Origin: Narcine bancroftii
Taxonomy: Eukaryota
Length of the DNA: 64,000 nt
Assembly (NCBI RefSeq): GCF_036971445.1
Contig: NC_091478.1
Coordinates: forward strand, 91,822,001 to 91,886,000
Direction of reading: 5' to 3'
The notes beneath the pieces are model-generated. The model made no database searches and was not told the origin of the DNA. It saw nothing but the letters and a program-made list of their open reading frames with translations. Positions 49,560-62,629 of this stretch are shown one piece after another. A program made the translations under genes and the position numbers. Position 1 is the first letter of the stretch, and each line of letters starts with the position of its first letter.

Positions 49560-50670
49560 TTCGGGCATCCGCCTACATTTTTTTTGCAGACCCGGACGAA
49601 GGGCTCAAGCCCTGCAACTTCAGTCGTGGACCTTGACTCGAGGAAGTGACTTGCGGAGTTCCTCCAGCCTTGTCCGAACCCGAGGCCAGATCTGTGGTCC
49701 TCAGCAGGCCGTGAAACTGGGCCTCTCGCAGCAGCATCCTGGTGCTTTCCTTCGCATTCCCGCCCGGGACGGGACTGAAACGCCCCAAAGCCCCTCAACT
49801 CTCGGCTCCTTCATTCCGTTCCCTCAAACCGGTCGCAACAAATACTAAAGCGGGTTCTCCGACGGAGAAGTGGACAAGGTGGATCTTCCCGAGGGCTTTA
49901 TCTTCATTTGATGGGGGGGGGGGGGGGGAAATGTCTTCCCACCGTCGGATGAGGAGTTCGCCTCCACCGCGGTGCCCGGAGGGGAGGAGGCCATGGCGGA
50001 GCTTTCACCCGGCGCGGCCGCTCGCGCTGGGCGTTGGGCGCGGGGCGGCCTCGCTCTCCCCCTACCGAGCGGAACAGGCAGGTCAGGTCAGGGAGCGAGC
50101 GAGCGCGCCGCCATCTTTCTCCCTGCCGCCCCAGCTGGCGCGGCCGTTCCTGCCGGAGCCCATTCTCTCGCGAGGAAGGACGCCATTATCGGATTTTTAA
50201 CCAGCCACCAAACGAGAACTTGAACGGTAATAACCACCGCGATAGCGCGGCTCTCGTCGCGAAACTCCGTCTGCGGCCCCCGTCTGCTTGAGCCGGGGGG
50301 GCAATGACGGGAAGGCGCCCATTCCTTCCAAGGGAGGGAGGGAGGGAGGTGGTGGGGGGGAAAAATAAATAAATGGACAAGTCTGAGACGGGATTACGAG
50401 GCGGAGAGGCCTAGGGGAGGCCCGAGGCCCTTTACATCCCATTTTAGTTGTCGGCTTCTATCCTTTCAGTAACCAAGGCGGTCATGTGACCGGGATTCCA
50501 TTCCTTTATTTTCTGGTTGATTCACTCGTCATGAAGACGTGCCATGATAATGTGTCCCTTCTTCACTCTGTTGGAACCAAGGTTTTAATAAAAATCCTCT
50601 CGCTCGCCGGCGGGGTCCAGATTTATTCCGTGTGCAAACGCGAGCGACTCTATCGGGCGGGGTGGGGGTG
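49560..50670. promoter_or_regulatory. CpG island, probable promoter/non-coding first exon of BANP (synteny inference)
   Basis: Very CpG-dense; YY1-type GCCGCCATCTT 50107-50117 and TCTCGCGAGG 50166-50175. In human, BANP lies head-to-head with CA5A. No BANP coding exon seen in this window. Confidence 0.6.
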
Positions 50671-50676
50671 GTAGAA

Positions 50677-51750
50677 GGGGAATGGGGGGGGGGTTAATGG
50701 GGAAGGGTGGAAGGAGAAGGGGGAATGGGGGAAATGGGGAAGGGGAATGGGAGAAGAGGGGAAGGGGGCGAATGGAGAAGGGTGGAAGGAGAAGGGGGGA
50801 ATGGGGAAGGGTGGAAGGAGAATGAGGGAAGGAGAAGGGGGGAATGGGGAAGGGGAGAAGGAGGGAAGGGGAAGGAGAAGGGCGGAATGGGGAAGGGTGG
50901 AAGGAGAAGGGGGGAATGGGGAAGGAGGGAAGCAGAAGGGGGGAATGGGGAAGGGTGGAAGGAGAAGGAGGGAAGGGGAAGGAGAAGGGCGGAATGGGGA
51001 AGGGTGGAAGGAGAAGGGGGGGAATGGGGAAGGGGGAAGGAGAAGGAGGGAAGGAGAAGGGGGAATGGGGAAGGGTGGAAGGAGAATGAGGGAAGGAGAA
51101 GGGGGGAATGGGGAAGGGTGGAAGGAGAAGGAGGGAAGGAGAAGGGGGGAATGGGGAAGGGTGGAAGGAGAAGGAGGGAAGGGGAAGGAGAAGGGCGGAA
51201 TGGGGAAGGGTGGAAGGAGAAGGAGGGAAGGAGAAGGGGGGAATGGGGAAGGAGGGAAGGAGAAGGGGGGAATGGGGAAGGGTGGAAGGAGAAGGAGGGA
51301 AGGGGAAGGAGAAGGGGGGAATGGGGAAGGGTGGAAGGAGAAGGAGGGAAGGGGGGAAATGGGGGAAAAGAGGGGAAGGGGCAAATGGAGAAGGGTGGAA
51401 GGAGAAGGGGGAATGGGGAAGGGTGGAAGTAGAAGGAGGGAATGGGGGAAATGAGGAAGGGGGAATGGGAGAAGAGAGGAAGGGGCGAATGGGGAAGTGT
51501 GGAAGGAGGGAATGGGGAAATGGGAGAAGAGGGGAAGGGGGAATGGGAGAAGAGGGGAAGGGGGAAATGGGAGAAGAGGGGAAGGGGGAATGGGAGAAGA
51601 GGGGAAGGGGGAATGGGAGAAGAGGGGAAGGGGGAATGGGAGAAGAGGGGAAGGGGAATGGGAGAAGAGGGGAAGGGGGAATGGGAGAAGTGGGGAAGGG
51701 GGAATGGAAGAAGAGGGGAAGGGGGAATGGGAGAAGAGGGCGGGGGGGGG
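50677..51750 (+). repeat. About 1.07-kb purine-rich low-complexity tandem array
   Basis: Units such as GGGGAATGGGGAAGGGTGGAAGGAGAAG and GGGGGAATGGGAGAAGAGGGGAA; almost no C on the + strand. Confidence 0.97.
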
Positions 51751-53099
51751 GAACCCCTATCGCAGCTCAGGCCAAAGCAGTTCGGTGGATAAATATTGTG
51801 TGTATGTGTAAATGTTGTTTCTGTCAAAGGCTCAGGCCCAAAAATGCTGCTGGACGCTGCCAGATCTCAGTTCCTCCAGCTGTTTTATATTCCATCGTTT
51901 TAAATGAACGACATTTCCTCAAAAGATTTCGAGGCAATTTAAGAGTTGTTCACTTTCATTCGAATGAACAAAAACAAGCTGAATTCTCGCAGTCCGGACG
52001 ATGCCAGCAAAAAAAAGAGAGAGCCCTGTTGGCCTGATGCCCTTGGGTTTAGATAATCACGAATCCTTTATGGGCATATGGTGCTGCTTTGCCATTGTAC
52101 GTCTTTGACAATGGTGCAAGAAGTTCAATATGAAATGAACACAATCTGGCCGAATTTGGGATGGTTTTACTTGTCCTGTTAATGGTGTCGTGCTTGGCCC
52201 TAGAAACATTTGCAATCCCACACTGTATCAGAGCAACACTTACCCTTTTGTGAATATGAAAAATAGTTTGAGTCATTGAGTTGCTGTTAGAAAGACATGG
52301 GGGAGGTAAGTTTAAAAGAAAACATCACTTGGGCAGTCCAGCAAATTGTGCTCGTGTGATAGTCAAAATATAATTTTCCATCTTGGAATTGTTCTTGTTG
52401 GAATTTATAAAGGATGGATTTGTTTTTATCTGCAAAAGATTTTACTGCTTTGAGCACTTTTAGTTTTTTTTAATGTCTTTTTCTGTGATTAAGTGTGACT
52501 GATTTTTTTTTAGTCTCATTGGTGAGAACTGTTATTAATGTATACTGAGAAACATTGTGTTTCTTCTATTGCATTGAGAAAATTAATAAATGAGTATTTG
52601 CTATAAGAAATACCACTTTCATGTAGTCTCAGTGTCCCATTTGCACTTTCAATTCTTGAGTTTAAATATTAAATTGCAACTTTGGTATTTTATCTTCATC
52701 CAATAATCTTACTTTAAAAAAGAAATACAAGAAGAAACAAAAAATTTGCATGTTTTGGGTAGCTTTGACCGAAATTAAAGACAAATTTTGTCTGCATTGT
52801 TATTGCAAAAAAATCTTGCTGGAGAATTTGAGATTGGAGGATGGTTTATAAAAAAAAAATCTTAAATACTTCCTTTCAAAATCTGAATTTTTCATTGCAG
52901 TGTTGAGGTTCCTGTCTAAAATCCATCTGCAATTAAAGAAAAATCATCTGAACTTGGTTACCTCTAGATTTAACTTTTGTCATGCTGGTCAGTTTCTGTT
53001 GTTCTTAGTTTCCATAATTATGTTGGTTCACAATTAGTGTGACTACCTAACAAAGCCACAAATTCTGGAATTGTCATTCTCACTTTATCACTGGAATTC

Positions 53100-54245
53100 T
53101 TATTTTTCTTTGAGGAGGTTTATCAGGAAGGGTTGTGGATGTTGTCTACATGGACTTTAGTAAAGCCTTTGACAAGGTCCCATATGGGAGGTTGGTTCAG
53201 AAGGTTCAGACATTGGGTATTCAAGGAGAGGTTGTAAACTGGATTTGAAATTGGCTGTGTGGAAGAAGAGAGAGGATGTCGTGGATGGTTGCTTCTCGGA
53301 TTGGAGGCCTGTGATTAGTAGTATGCCTTAGGGATATGTATTGGAACCATTGTTTGTATATATCAATGATCTGGATAATAATGTGATGAATTAGATCAGA
53401 AAGTTTGCTGATGACACAAAGATAGCGTTGTGGACAGCGAAGAAGATTTTCAAAGCTTGCAGAGGGATCTGGACCAGTTAGGAAAATGGGCCAAAAAAAT
53501 GGCAGATGGAATTAAATGCAGACAAGTATGAGGTGATGCACTTTGGAAGAGCAAACCAAGGTAGGAGATCTATAGTTAATGATAGGGCACTGAGGAGTGC
53601 AAAGTAGCAGAGAGATCTGGGAATACAAATACATTATTCCCTGAAGGTGGCATCGAATGTGGACAGGGTTGTAAAGAAAGCTTTTGCTAGCTTAGTCATT
53701 GGGAGGGTTGAGTATAGGAGTTCAGATGTTGAAGTTGTTTAAGTAGTCAGTGAGATAAAAATTGGAACATTGTGTGCAATTTTGGGTGCCTAACAATAGG
53801 AAGAATATCAATAGGATTGAAAGAGTGCAGAGAAGACTTTTACTAGGATGTTGCTGGGTCTTCAGGGAAAGATTAACTGGTTTGGACTTTATTCCTTGGA
53901 GCAAAGAAGAATGAGGGGAGATTTGATAGAGGCTTGCAAGATTTTGAGAGGTATAGACAGAGTGAATGCTAACAGGCTTTTCCCACCTAGATTGGGGGGA
54001 GATAAATATGAGAGGTCATAGTTTTAAACTGAAAGTGGGAAAATTAGGGGGAAATTCTTCACTTAGAGTGATGGGAGTGTGGAATGAGCTGCCATCTGAT
54101 GTGCTGAATGTGGGCTTGATCATATGTTTTAAGAATCAATTGGATAGTTACATGGATAGGAGAGGCCTGGAAGGTTATGGAATGGGAGCATGTCAATGAG
54201 TCTAGGGAGATCTTGGTCAGCATAGACTAGATGGGCCATGGGCTA
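53100..54245 (+). mobile_element. Decayed CR1 LINE 3' half
   Basis: YMDFSKAFDKVP, KFADDTK, EHCVQFW and RVMGVWNELP motifs. Confidence 0.9.
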
Positions 54246-54289
54246 TGGTTCTCCCTGGTTTGAACAAAGGCAGGAATGAAATCCATAGC

Positions 54290-55190
54290 TGAATTTTATC
54301 TGATGAATGAAGTAGACTGATAGGTAATTACTAGTGGAGGGGTGGGTCAGTATATTTTCAGATTGAAGGTGAAAGTGTTGTGGATTGTGTATAAGATTGT
54401 TCTAAGTCACAACAGATTAATAGACAAGATGCACAGTTGAGCGGAGAAGTGCAGATGGAGTTCAATCCAGTTCATTATGAAGGAAGGTTGAATTTGAAGA
54501 CAGTATATGTGGTTAATGGCAGAATTCTTAACAGTGTGGAGGAGCAGAGATGTATTGGGGTTCTGGACCATTTGGCGCACAAATTAATAGGGTGGTTAGG
54601 AAGGGGTCTGGTGTGTTGGCCATTAGTTGGGTTCAAGAGCTGTGAGATTATGTTGCAACTCTGAAATCTGTTAGACTACACTTAAAGTATTGTATTCAGT
54701 TCTGGTCACCTCATTACAAGAATTATTTAGAAGCTTTAGAGGGTGGAAAGGGGATTTATCAGGATGTTGCTAGAATTGGAGAACATGTTTTATACGGTAA
54801 GGTTGACAGAGGCAGGCTTTTTCTCTTCAGAGTGATGAAGGTTGAAAGGTGATTTATATTAGAGATATGTAAAATTATGAGAAACATAGATTGAGTTGAC
54901 AGCCAGCCCCTTTTTTTTCCCCTGGGGCCACAGTTGGGAATACCAGAGCAACATAATCATGTTTAGGGGAGATGTCTGCTATGTTTGCACACAGTGGTGA
55001 GTGTCTGTCATGCATTACAGGGGGTGGTGGTGAGGCTGGTACAGAATGGACTTTTAAAAGACTGATAAGACATTAATATAAGAAAAATAGAGAGTTGTGG
55101 GTCTGAGGTAGGGAAGGATCAGATTGTTATGGGGTAGGTTTATCTAGGTCAACACATTGCGGGCCAAAGGACATGTACTGTGCTGTAATG
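54290..55190 (+). mobile_element. Older CR1 LINE 3' fragment
   Basis: QMEFNP, VNGRILNSVEEQR and YCIQFWSPHY motifs. Confidence 0.75.
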
Positions 55191-55659
55191 ATTGAATGAA
55201 GACTAAGTTGGTGACTGTTAAAAAATCTTTTTAAATATGGCCTTTGAGGATTGAAGGCTAAAGCTAAGTTCATGGAAGATATTTAATCCAAGTTGGAGAA
55301 TCCTACCCATACAGCTATTCTTTTTCCCAGGATCGGGAAACTCAAACTCATCTATGTGGCTTTAAGATTAAAGGAGATTAAAAGAGATCTGAGGGAAAAG
55401 GTTTCAGATTTGTTGTCAGATTACATACATGACATCTTATGCAACCCTTAAATACTTTTTCCTGCAGTGAGGTAGAATTACCATTGCTATTGATAATGCA
55501 AAAGAAACTACACAAAAAATTACATGTAAATGCATTTCAAAATATATAAACAGTGCAATGAAGAGAGGGAAAAAATAGTGTAAGGGTCCTTAAATCATTC
55601 ATCTTCTAACCCTGCCACACTAAATAAACAAATTTGCTGTATTAATACATTCTTTTCCA

Positions 55660-58120
55660 TCAGATTATGGGATTTCAGATGTCTGGTGTTTTATCCTACT
55701 AACAATATTCTTTCTTTTCTCATGTTCATCAAATTTGAGTATTGATTACTTTTTTAAATTGATAATTAATTCCATTAACTTATTCTTGTGAATGCCACAT
55801 TATTGTAATATCTGATCATGCCCCTGCTGCATTATCATTGAATTTTCCTCAAGCTAAAAGACACTGGTGCTTTAATTCAGTATCCTTATCAGATAAGGAC
55901 TTTGTTAAATTTATGAAAGAACAGATAGTTTTCTTTGATACAAATGTCTTTTTGAAGACTTCTACTTTAGCTATATGGGATACTTTGAAGGCCTTAGGGG
56001 GCAAATTATTTTGTATATAGTTAATAAAAAAGGAAGATCTGAGTTAATTAAGCAATATGTTCAAACTAAATATTAAGAAGTGTACAAAAAAACAGATTGA
56101 ATTTAAAACTAAATTTAATCTTTTCTCACATATCCAGTCGAATGCCAACTTCTGAAGTCTAAAAATCAATTTTGCATTCATGGTGATAAATCGAGTCAGT
56201 TTTTGGCTAACAAATTGAGAGGATTTGGTGCTAAGTGGCACATTACAAAGGTTCGTAAAGATAATGGTATTATGACTTCAGATCATTCTGACATAAATGA
56301 TACATTTAAAATATTCTATTCCCAACTATATTCCTCTGCATGTACAGGTGACAATAATTTGAAGAAGCATTTTCTAGACCAATTGAATATCCCCAAGATT
56401 TCTTCAGATTGTCAAATTAGACTGGATGGATCTGTCTTGCAAGAGGAAATAATGGTTGCTATTCATTACAATCAGGAAAGGATCCTGGACCTGATGGGTT
56501 TCCTGTGGAATCTTTCAAATTATTATCTCAATTGCTCACACCTTTGAGTGTGGTATTTGCAAATTCATTTAAACAGGGTAAACTTCCAGATTTATTTATC
56601 GAGGCTTGCATATTTTTGATTGCAATGAAAGGTAAAGACACAACCGAATGTTCTTCCTACAGACCAATTTCTTTACTGAATGTTGATGCTAAACTTTTAG
56701 CCAATAGGATGGAAAACATTCTACCATCAGTTATTTTTGAAGATCAGATGAGTTTATTAAAAACTGTTATTCTTCTTTTAATATACATCACTTAATGAAT
56801 ATTTCATGTTTATCCTCTGGGAAAACTCCTGAGTGTATTCTTTCATTCGATGAAGAAAAACCTTATGCTCAAATAGAATGGGCATACCTGTTTACACCTC
56901 TTGAAAAATTTAATTTTGGTTCTGATTTTATTACATGGGTTAAATTATTGTAATCATACCCATCTGCCATAATTCTTAATAATTTACAACAATCTCAGCC
57001 GTTCAATCTGTAATGTGGCACTCGTCAAGGATGCCTGTTAATTTATTATTTGATCTGGCAATTGAACCATTAGCAATTGCATTTCGTGAGTGCAAGGACA
57101 TTTTGAGGATATGGAGGCAAGGGATCAAACATAAGGCCTCCCTTTATGCGGATGATCTCCAAATTTTCATCTCAGATTCAGTTCCCTCCCTCCCACGTAT
57201 GATGTCATTACATTCACAGTTCAATAAATTTTCAGGATATAAATTGAATTTGCATAAAAGTGAACTTCTGTTGAATTCTACTGCATCAATGTATTTAAAA
57301 AAATGTATTGTTCAAAATCAATTTACCTGTCTTGGTATTACAATCACAAAGAATCAAACAACTTTTTAAGGAGAATTTTCTTGTAGCGTTCAAGCAAGTG
57401 AAGTAATCTATTACTCAATGGTCACCTTTGTCGACAATCTTAGTTGGCTGTATCAATTCTATTAAAATTAATATCTTACCTAAATTTTTATATTTTTTTC
57501 AATCTATTCCAAATTTTGTTCCTAAATCTTTTTTTTACCTGATTCACTATATTGTCTTCCATATGGAAGGGTAAGCACCTTTAATAAAGTTTTTCTTTAG
57601 AGACCTAAGAGAGATGGTGGTTTGGCTCTGCCTAACTTTAGATTTTATTATTGGGCAGTCAATATGCAATGTCTTACGTTTTGGTCTTTTTTTCAATCAT
57701 CCTGACTGCCAATTGTGGGTATCAATGGATTTGAATTCTTCCCCCACCACCCCCAAATTTTTCCAATGTAGCACTTCTTGGCTCTTCACTTCTGCTTTCA
57801 GTTAAGTTAATAGACAATCCCATTGTTAAACATTCTTTGAGAACTTGGGCACAGTTAAGAAAACATTTTATATTTCATAGTTTCTCTTTTAAGCCCTGTT
57901 GTATCTAATCACCTTTTTCCAACATTCTTTGCATGGTTATTTTTCATAAATGGTATAGAGGGAATTCAAAGTTTTAAGGATTTGTTCATTGATGGATACT
58001 TTGCATCATTTGAGCAGCTTTCTGTTAAATTTAACCTGTCCAAACCTCAATTTTTTATATATTTGCAAATCCTGCATTTTCTTGAATCACAGTTTTCTGA
58101 TTTTCCAAGAGAGTCTGAAT
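55660..58120 (+). mobile_element. Decayed L1-like LINE ORF2 (endonuclease + RT)
   Basis: ISDHAP, W.FNS.SL.D, SSYRPISLLNVDAK, GTRQGC, LAIEPLA, LYADD, FSGYKLN and GGLALPN motifs. Confidence 0.9.
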
Positions 58121-58124
58121 ATTG

Positions 58125-59015
58125 GTAGGGAGGGAGGAATGGACAAGAGAGTAATAGAGGGAGCGGTCCCTGCGGAAGGAAGAGAGGAGAATATATGCCT
58201 AACATAACAGGAGGCAGAAATGGCGGAGCAGGATGTGTTGGATGTGGTGGTTGGTGAGAACGAGAGGAATCCAACGCATCCTCCTCTGCCATCTCTGCCT
58301 CCTACTTCATAATCCCACCACTAGACACATATTCCCCTCTCCGCCTTCTGCAGGGACCGTTCCCTTCATGACTCTTTTGTCCATTTCTCCCTCCCCATCA
58401 ATCGTTCCCTTGGGACCTTCCCCTGTGACTCTACTTGTGCCCACACCTCCTCACTCAGCACCATTCAGAGCCCCAAGCAGTCCTTCCAAGTGAAGCAATG
58501 TTTCACATGTGAATCAGCAGGGGTTATCTACTGCATCGGGTGCACCTGCTGTGGGAGATTGCTTTGTTGAGCATCTCTGCTCTGTCCGCCGCAATAATAT
58601 GGATCCCAGTCACCACCCATTTCAATTCTCCATCCTACTCCCTTGCTGACGAGTCTGTCCGTGGTCTCATGTACTGCCAGACTGAGACCACTTGTAAATT
58701 AGAGGAACGATACCTCATCTTCCGACTGATCACCCAGCAATCCGGATGGCATTAATTTTGACATCTCGAGCTTTTGTTAAAAATACCGCCCCCCCACCGC
58801 TTCCACCATCTCTCCATTGCTTGTCTCATTTCTTTCGAATATGATAAATTCCACCTAGACCCATATCACATCCAATTAACACCTTTGGTTGTTTTGGATT
58901 CTTCCTTCATTATTTGAATTCTGAGATTTTGTTATATCCTGCTTCTGCCTTTTCTGATTCTTTTTCCTTGGAGAAGGGCTCAGGTCCAAAATGTCGGTGT
59001 TTTTACATTATGCTA
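58125..59015 (+). mobile_element. Penelope-like 3' portion (GIY-YIG + pLTR) with a short inverted leader
   Basis: FTCESAGVIYCI (about 58500), CKLEERYLIFRL and terminus agaagggctcaggtccaaaatgtcgg. Confidence 0.8.
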
Positions 59016-59189
59016 TGTGGATGAAAAATCATTGGGATCAGGGTGCTGAAATTACAGAGGGCCTGGAAGTAGAGAAGGCAAGCATCCACTTTTTCATGGC
59101 AATAACTCCAATGAAAATTCACTGAATTAACAGTTTATCCTTTTTTTGGGTCTTTTTACAAACTGCATCAGGCAAAGCTTGAACAAAGA

Positions 59190-59952
59190 CGTATAACATG
59201 GTATAACCCTGTATAACACGGTTTTTGCGCAGGTTTTGATATAACACAGTTTATAATTTTAATATAACCAAAAAGTGCACTTCATGTAATACGGTGATCA
59301 AATAGAAAAGCCTGAGTGACAAGACAATTGTTTGAAGAATGATTCACAATCTATTTTTGTCCTGCAACTGAACGATACTGCAGAGATAATAACTTGGATT
59401 TTAAAATTTAATTGTTTGACAATGCACCAGCTCATTCAAGTGCTGTTTCTGAGTTGAATGAAAATGTCAATATAATTGTTTTGCTCCAAACACACCCCGT
59501 GGATTAGGGTGTCATTGCTACATTCAAGGCTTATTATTTGCGATGAACATTTTCTTAAGGCATTAAAACTACAACAGGAGAAAATCCATGACTTTAACAC
59601 AGTTTTGGAAAGGTACAACATCAAGAATGCAGTTGAAAAATTGGTGAATCGTGGTTTGAAGTGACCGCAAGCAACATGAGAGCTGTTTTACCACATAATG
59701 TAAGCGATATCACGAGTTTTAAAACAGTCTCCGAAGACATTGTGGAGATCTTTGTCATTTTTTCACTTTTATATAATCCCTCTTAAATAGTTTATGCATG
59801 TTTGCATCACAGTTCTAGGTAAAAGAATAAATAATTATAAGATTGGAATGTATTACATTAAAGTGCATTGTAATAATGGTTTGAACAGTGCAGTTTTCCA
59901 TTACACTGAACTTGCTTGGAATGTATTAACTGTTATTATAAGATATGCCTGT
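59190..59952 (+). mobile_element. Internally deleted Tigger/pogo-like transposon relic
   Basis: NLDFKI*LFDNAPAH and PVD*GVIATFKAYYLR resemble the DDE_1 motifs DNAPxH and PxDQGVIxxFKxxY; right end ...atgcctg-TA. Confidence 0.72.
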
Positions 59953-60784
59953 ATACTGGGACCAGCCAGTATAGATCACTTATATTAACATAGCATAGAA
60001 TTATCAAGACTTGACTATGTTGAGGCCACATGACCCAGTCACCTGTTGTCAGGATATTGATGAAGAGTGTAAAGGTGTGGGCATGACATATTTGTGTAAC
60101 TGTCAACATGTTTTGATCACAATATGTGACTGCCAGTACCTGTATTAGCAAAGTAGCGTCAAATTCATTGATGTGCAGGAAAGCAGATTAGAGGATCGAT
60201 TAAACCAACTAAGTCAGTATTAATTTAATATCTCATCATTTGCAAAGCGGAAGAAATGTTAAGGCCTTTATAAACAGTGGGCATCAAAGTATATTTGTCC
60301 CACTTATGCAATCAAGCTGTTGATAAATGTTGCTATCTGTCTTTCAGTGCAAAATGAATTGGAAGGGGTTCATTTGGTCATCAACAAACTAGCATAGTTT
60401 ATGTATCCACTGCCTACATGTTGAAAGAGGGGAAAAAAGTAAAATTCTATTATATTTAATGATTTTTTAAAAAAATAAAGGCCTTTAACTTAATACACTT
60501 CCAATGATATCTTTTATAAAAATTTGTTCGAATGACATTTCAAAAATCAACTAAACTGGAAAAGTAATTCACTAAGTGTTCAAATTTTGATAATTTTTGA
60601 TGGTAATTGTTCTGTTTTAAATCTTTTGAAGTTATTATTTATGTACCGGTAGTTTTATTTCATTATCTATTTCAAATTGTCCTGGAAATTATTTATGTTG
60701 GTCAAGGATGATAATATTTAAATTGCTGATTCATGATTTGTTTGTACTCTTACCACTATTGCATTTTATTGTCCCTTTATATTA

Positions 60785-61548
60785 CACTGGGCAACAAATC
60801 TTTTTCAAAAGGTTTGCCTCCTGAAAAAAAGGGCATTATGATAACAAATTTCAAGATGAACACATTAAGGTTCACATTTCAGATTTGCTGTATCACGTAG
60901 GAAGTTGGAGAAACATAAACTTTTATTGAGTTAGCATGTTTAATCACATAATGATGCTGACACAATGTATTAGTTCAACTGAAGATGTTCAGCCATCGAT
61001 TGTTGATTGAACTCAGCATCTGATACCTCTTGTGTCAGTGTCCGACAATAGTTGGCCAGCTATGATGGATTCCAGTTGCCCTGAAACCACTTTTCCATGG
61101 TTGGAATGTCCTGGTGAAACCTTTAACCATATTTGTCACTGAATGCATCAAGATCAGCAGGGAAGAAGTTCAAGTGTGAAAGCGGAAAGTGAATTTTAAA
61201 TGAAGTTGCACTTAATGGTTTTGTTTGCAGAAGCATGGCAATCAGTTGGATGTAAATTCTCAGCAACATCTTTAAATGCCTTCCATGCTGTTTTCTTTGA
61301 CCTCACGAGCAGATCTTTGAACCTGTGCTGAGTGTATGCCTAGGCATTTTTGGACTGAACAAAACAGCTTGCTTTGTGGGTAATATACTAGTAGACTTAA
61401 AATGTGAGGGAAATCACAAAAATAAATTATATCTTAAAAAAAATAGTATTGGATAGGAAGGTTTTAAGGTTAGTTTTGTGATCAGCAACCTAAAAGCCAT
61501 AAAATACACCCAAAATTCTTAAGGAAGCAAAATCTTCATTGTTCAGTG
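60785..61548 (-). mobile_element. Internally deleted DNA transposon relic, probably Chapaev3-like (CMC)
   Basis: Termini CACTG...CAGTG. Minus-strand translation TAWKAFKDVAEN...KIHFPLSHLNFFPADLDAFSDKYG*RFHQDIPTMEKWFQGNWNPS*LANYC. Family assignment is from memory of the motif. Confidence 0.65.
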
Positions 61549-62629
61549 ATTTGTTAGTTTTGTTCTGTCTTATGACTGGAGAGGAGTGTCATTATTGCTG
61601 TATTTCTCAGATTGATTTCACCTTTTCAGTCCATCAAGAGGTATCATGTAAAGCCACAATAATTTACACCTGATTGTTTGGAAATCCAGATGATTTGGCA
61701 TCTGCCTCATTCATTGTCTTGAATGTGTGCTGGGGCTTCAGAGTGCAATCAATATGTTGGTGGGACTGGGAATAGGGTTTGAAAAACAAGTCAAGAACAT
61801 TAATAGGTTTGTAGTCTGAGCTGCTCCCTTTAAACCCACTGATTTCACCAGAAAATACCACAGTATGTTGTTTTCTTTCAAAAGTAAAAAGTAAGATTGT
61901 GTTTTAGACTGACTGGTCTAGAAAATGCACATCTGCAACTCCATCAGAATCCCAAGGATGTTGAATTATCAATTTTACTGGCCATTGTTTCATTTCATAC
62001 CTGAAAATTAGGATGTTTTGCCTCAATTGAGTTTATTCATATGATTAAGAGATCAGTAAATATGGAAGTTAATACACCTGCTACTGCAAACTGATGCACA
62101 TCTATTTTTGCATCAGGCTTGATAATGTGCCAGTAAATCAGAATGCATTAAAAGTTTTTTTTCTTGCAAACAACAGTTTGAATCCTTAAATCAATGTGTA
62201 ATTAAGTTAAACATTTAATTTCATTACAGCATCATGATGTATATATTTCTAAGGGATGTGCCTCATTTAATATGCCATATTTTTGATTATGAAGTGGTGT
62301 TCCTGCCCATTTTAACCATCCTATTTTGTATGTGTACAAACCAGCAAGTTAACTTGAGATTTGTTGAGGATGTTTCCTATTTATTTTTAAGAATCCAGAG
62401 CTCATGTTTTTGTTAATGTTGCTGAACAATTTTGATATACTGGAAGGTATAAACCTGAAATTGAATGTATTCATTCCTTTTCTATGAAAAAATCATTTTT
62501 ATATGTAGTTATTAAAAGTATTCTAAATCTGCTTTACAGTGAATTATATTTGAAATCACCTCTGTCGACAACTGCTCCCATTGGCTGCTATGCAGCCACT
62601 ATACTTGCCACCGTACTATTGCGCGAGTC

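Noticed and set aside
50650-52037. Pro/Ser/Phe-rich and Gly/Glu/Arg-rich ORFs of 240-377 aa
   Set aside because: Translations of the purine-rich low-complexity array.
60785-61548. CACTG/CAGTG ends as V(D)J recombination signals or a RAG transposon
   Set aside because: No full heptamer-spacer-nonamer; better explained as CMC-type termini.
61664-61861. 65-aa minus-strand ORF as an exon
   Set aside because: No recognisable homology and weak splice signals.
52000-62600. BANP coding exons
   Set aside because: No exon encoding the expected MMSE..L.DVVQI-like N-terminus or a BEN domain was found by eye.
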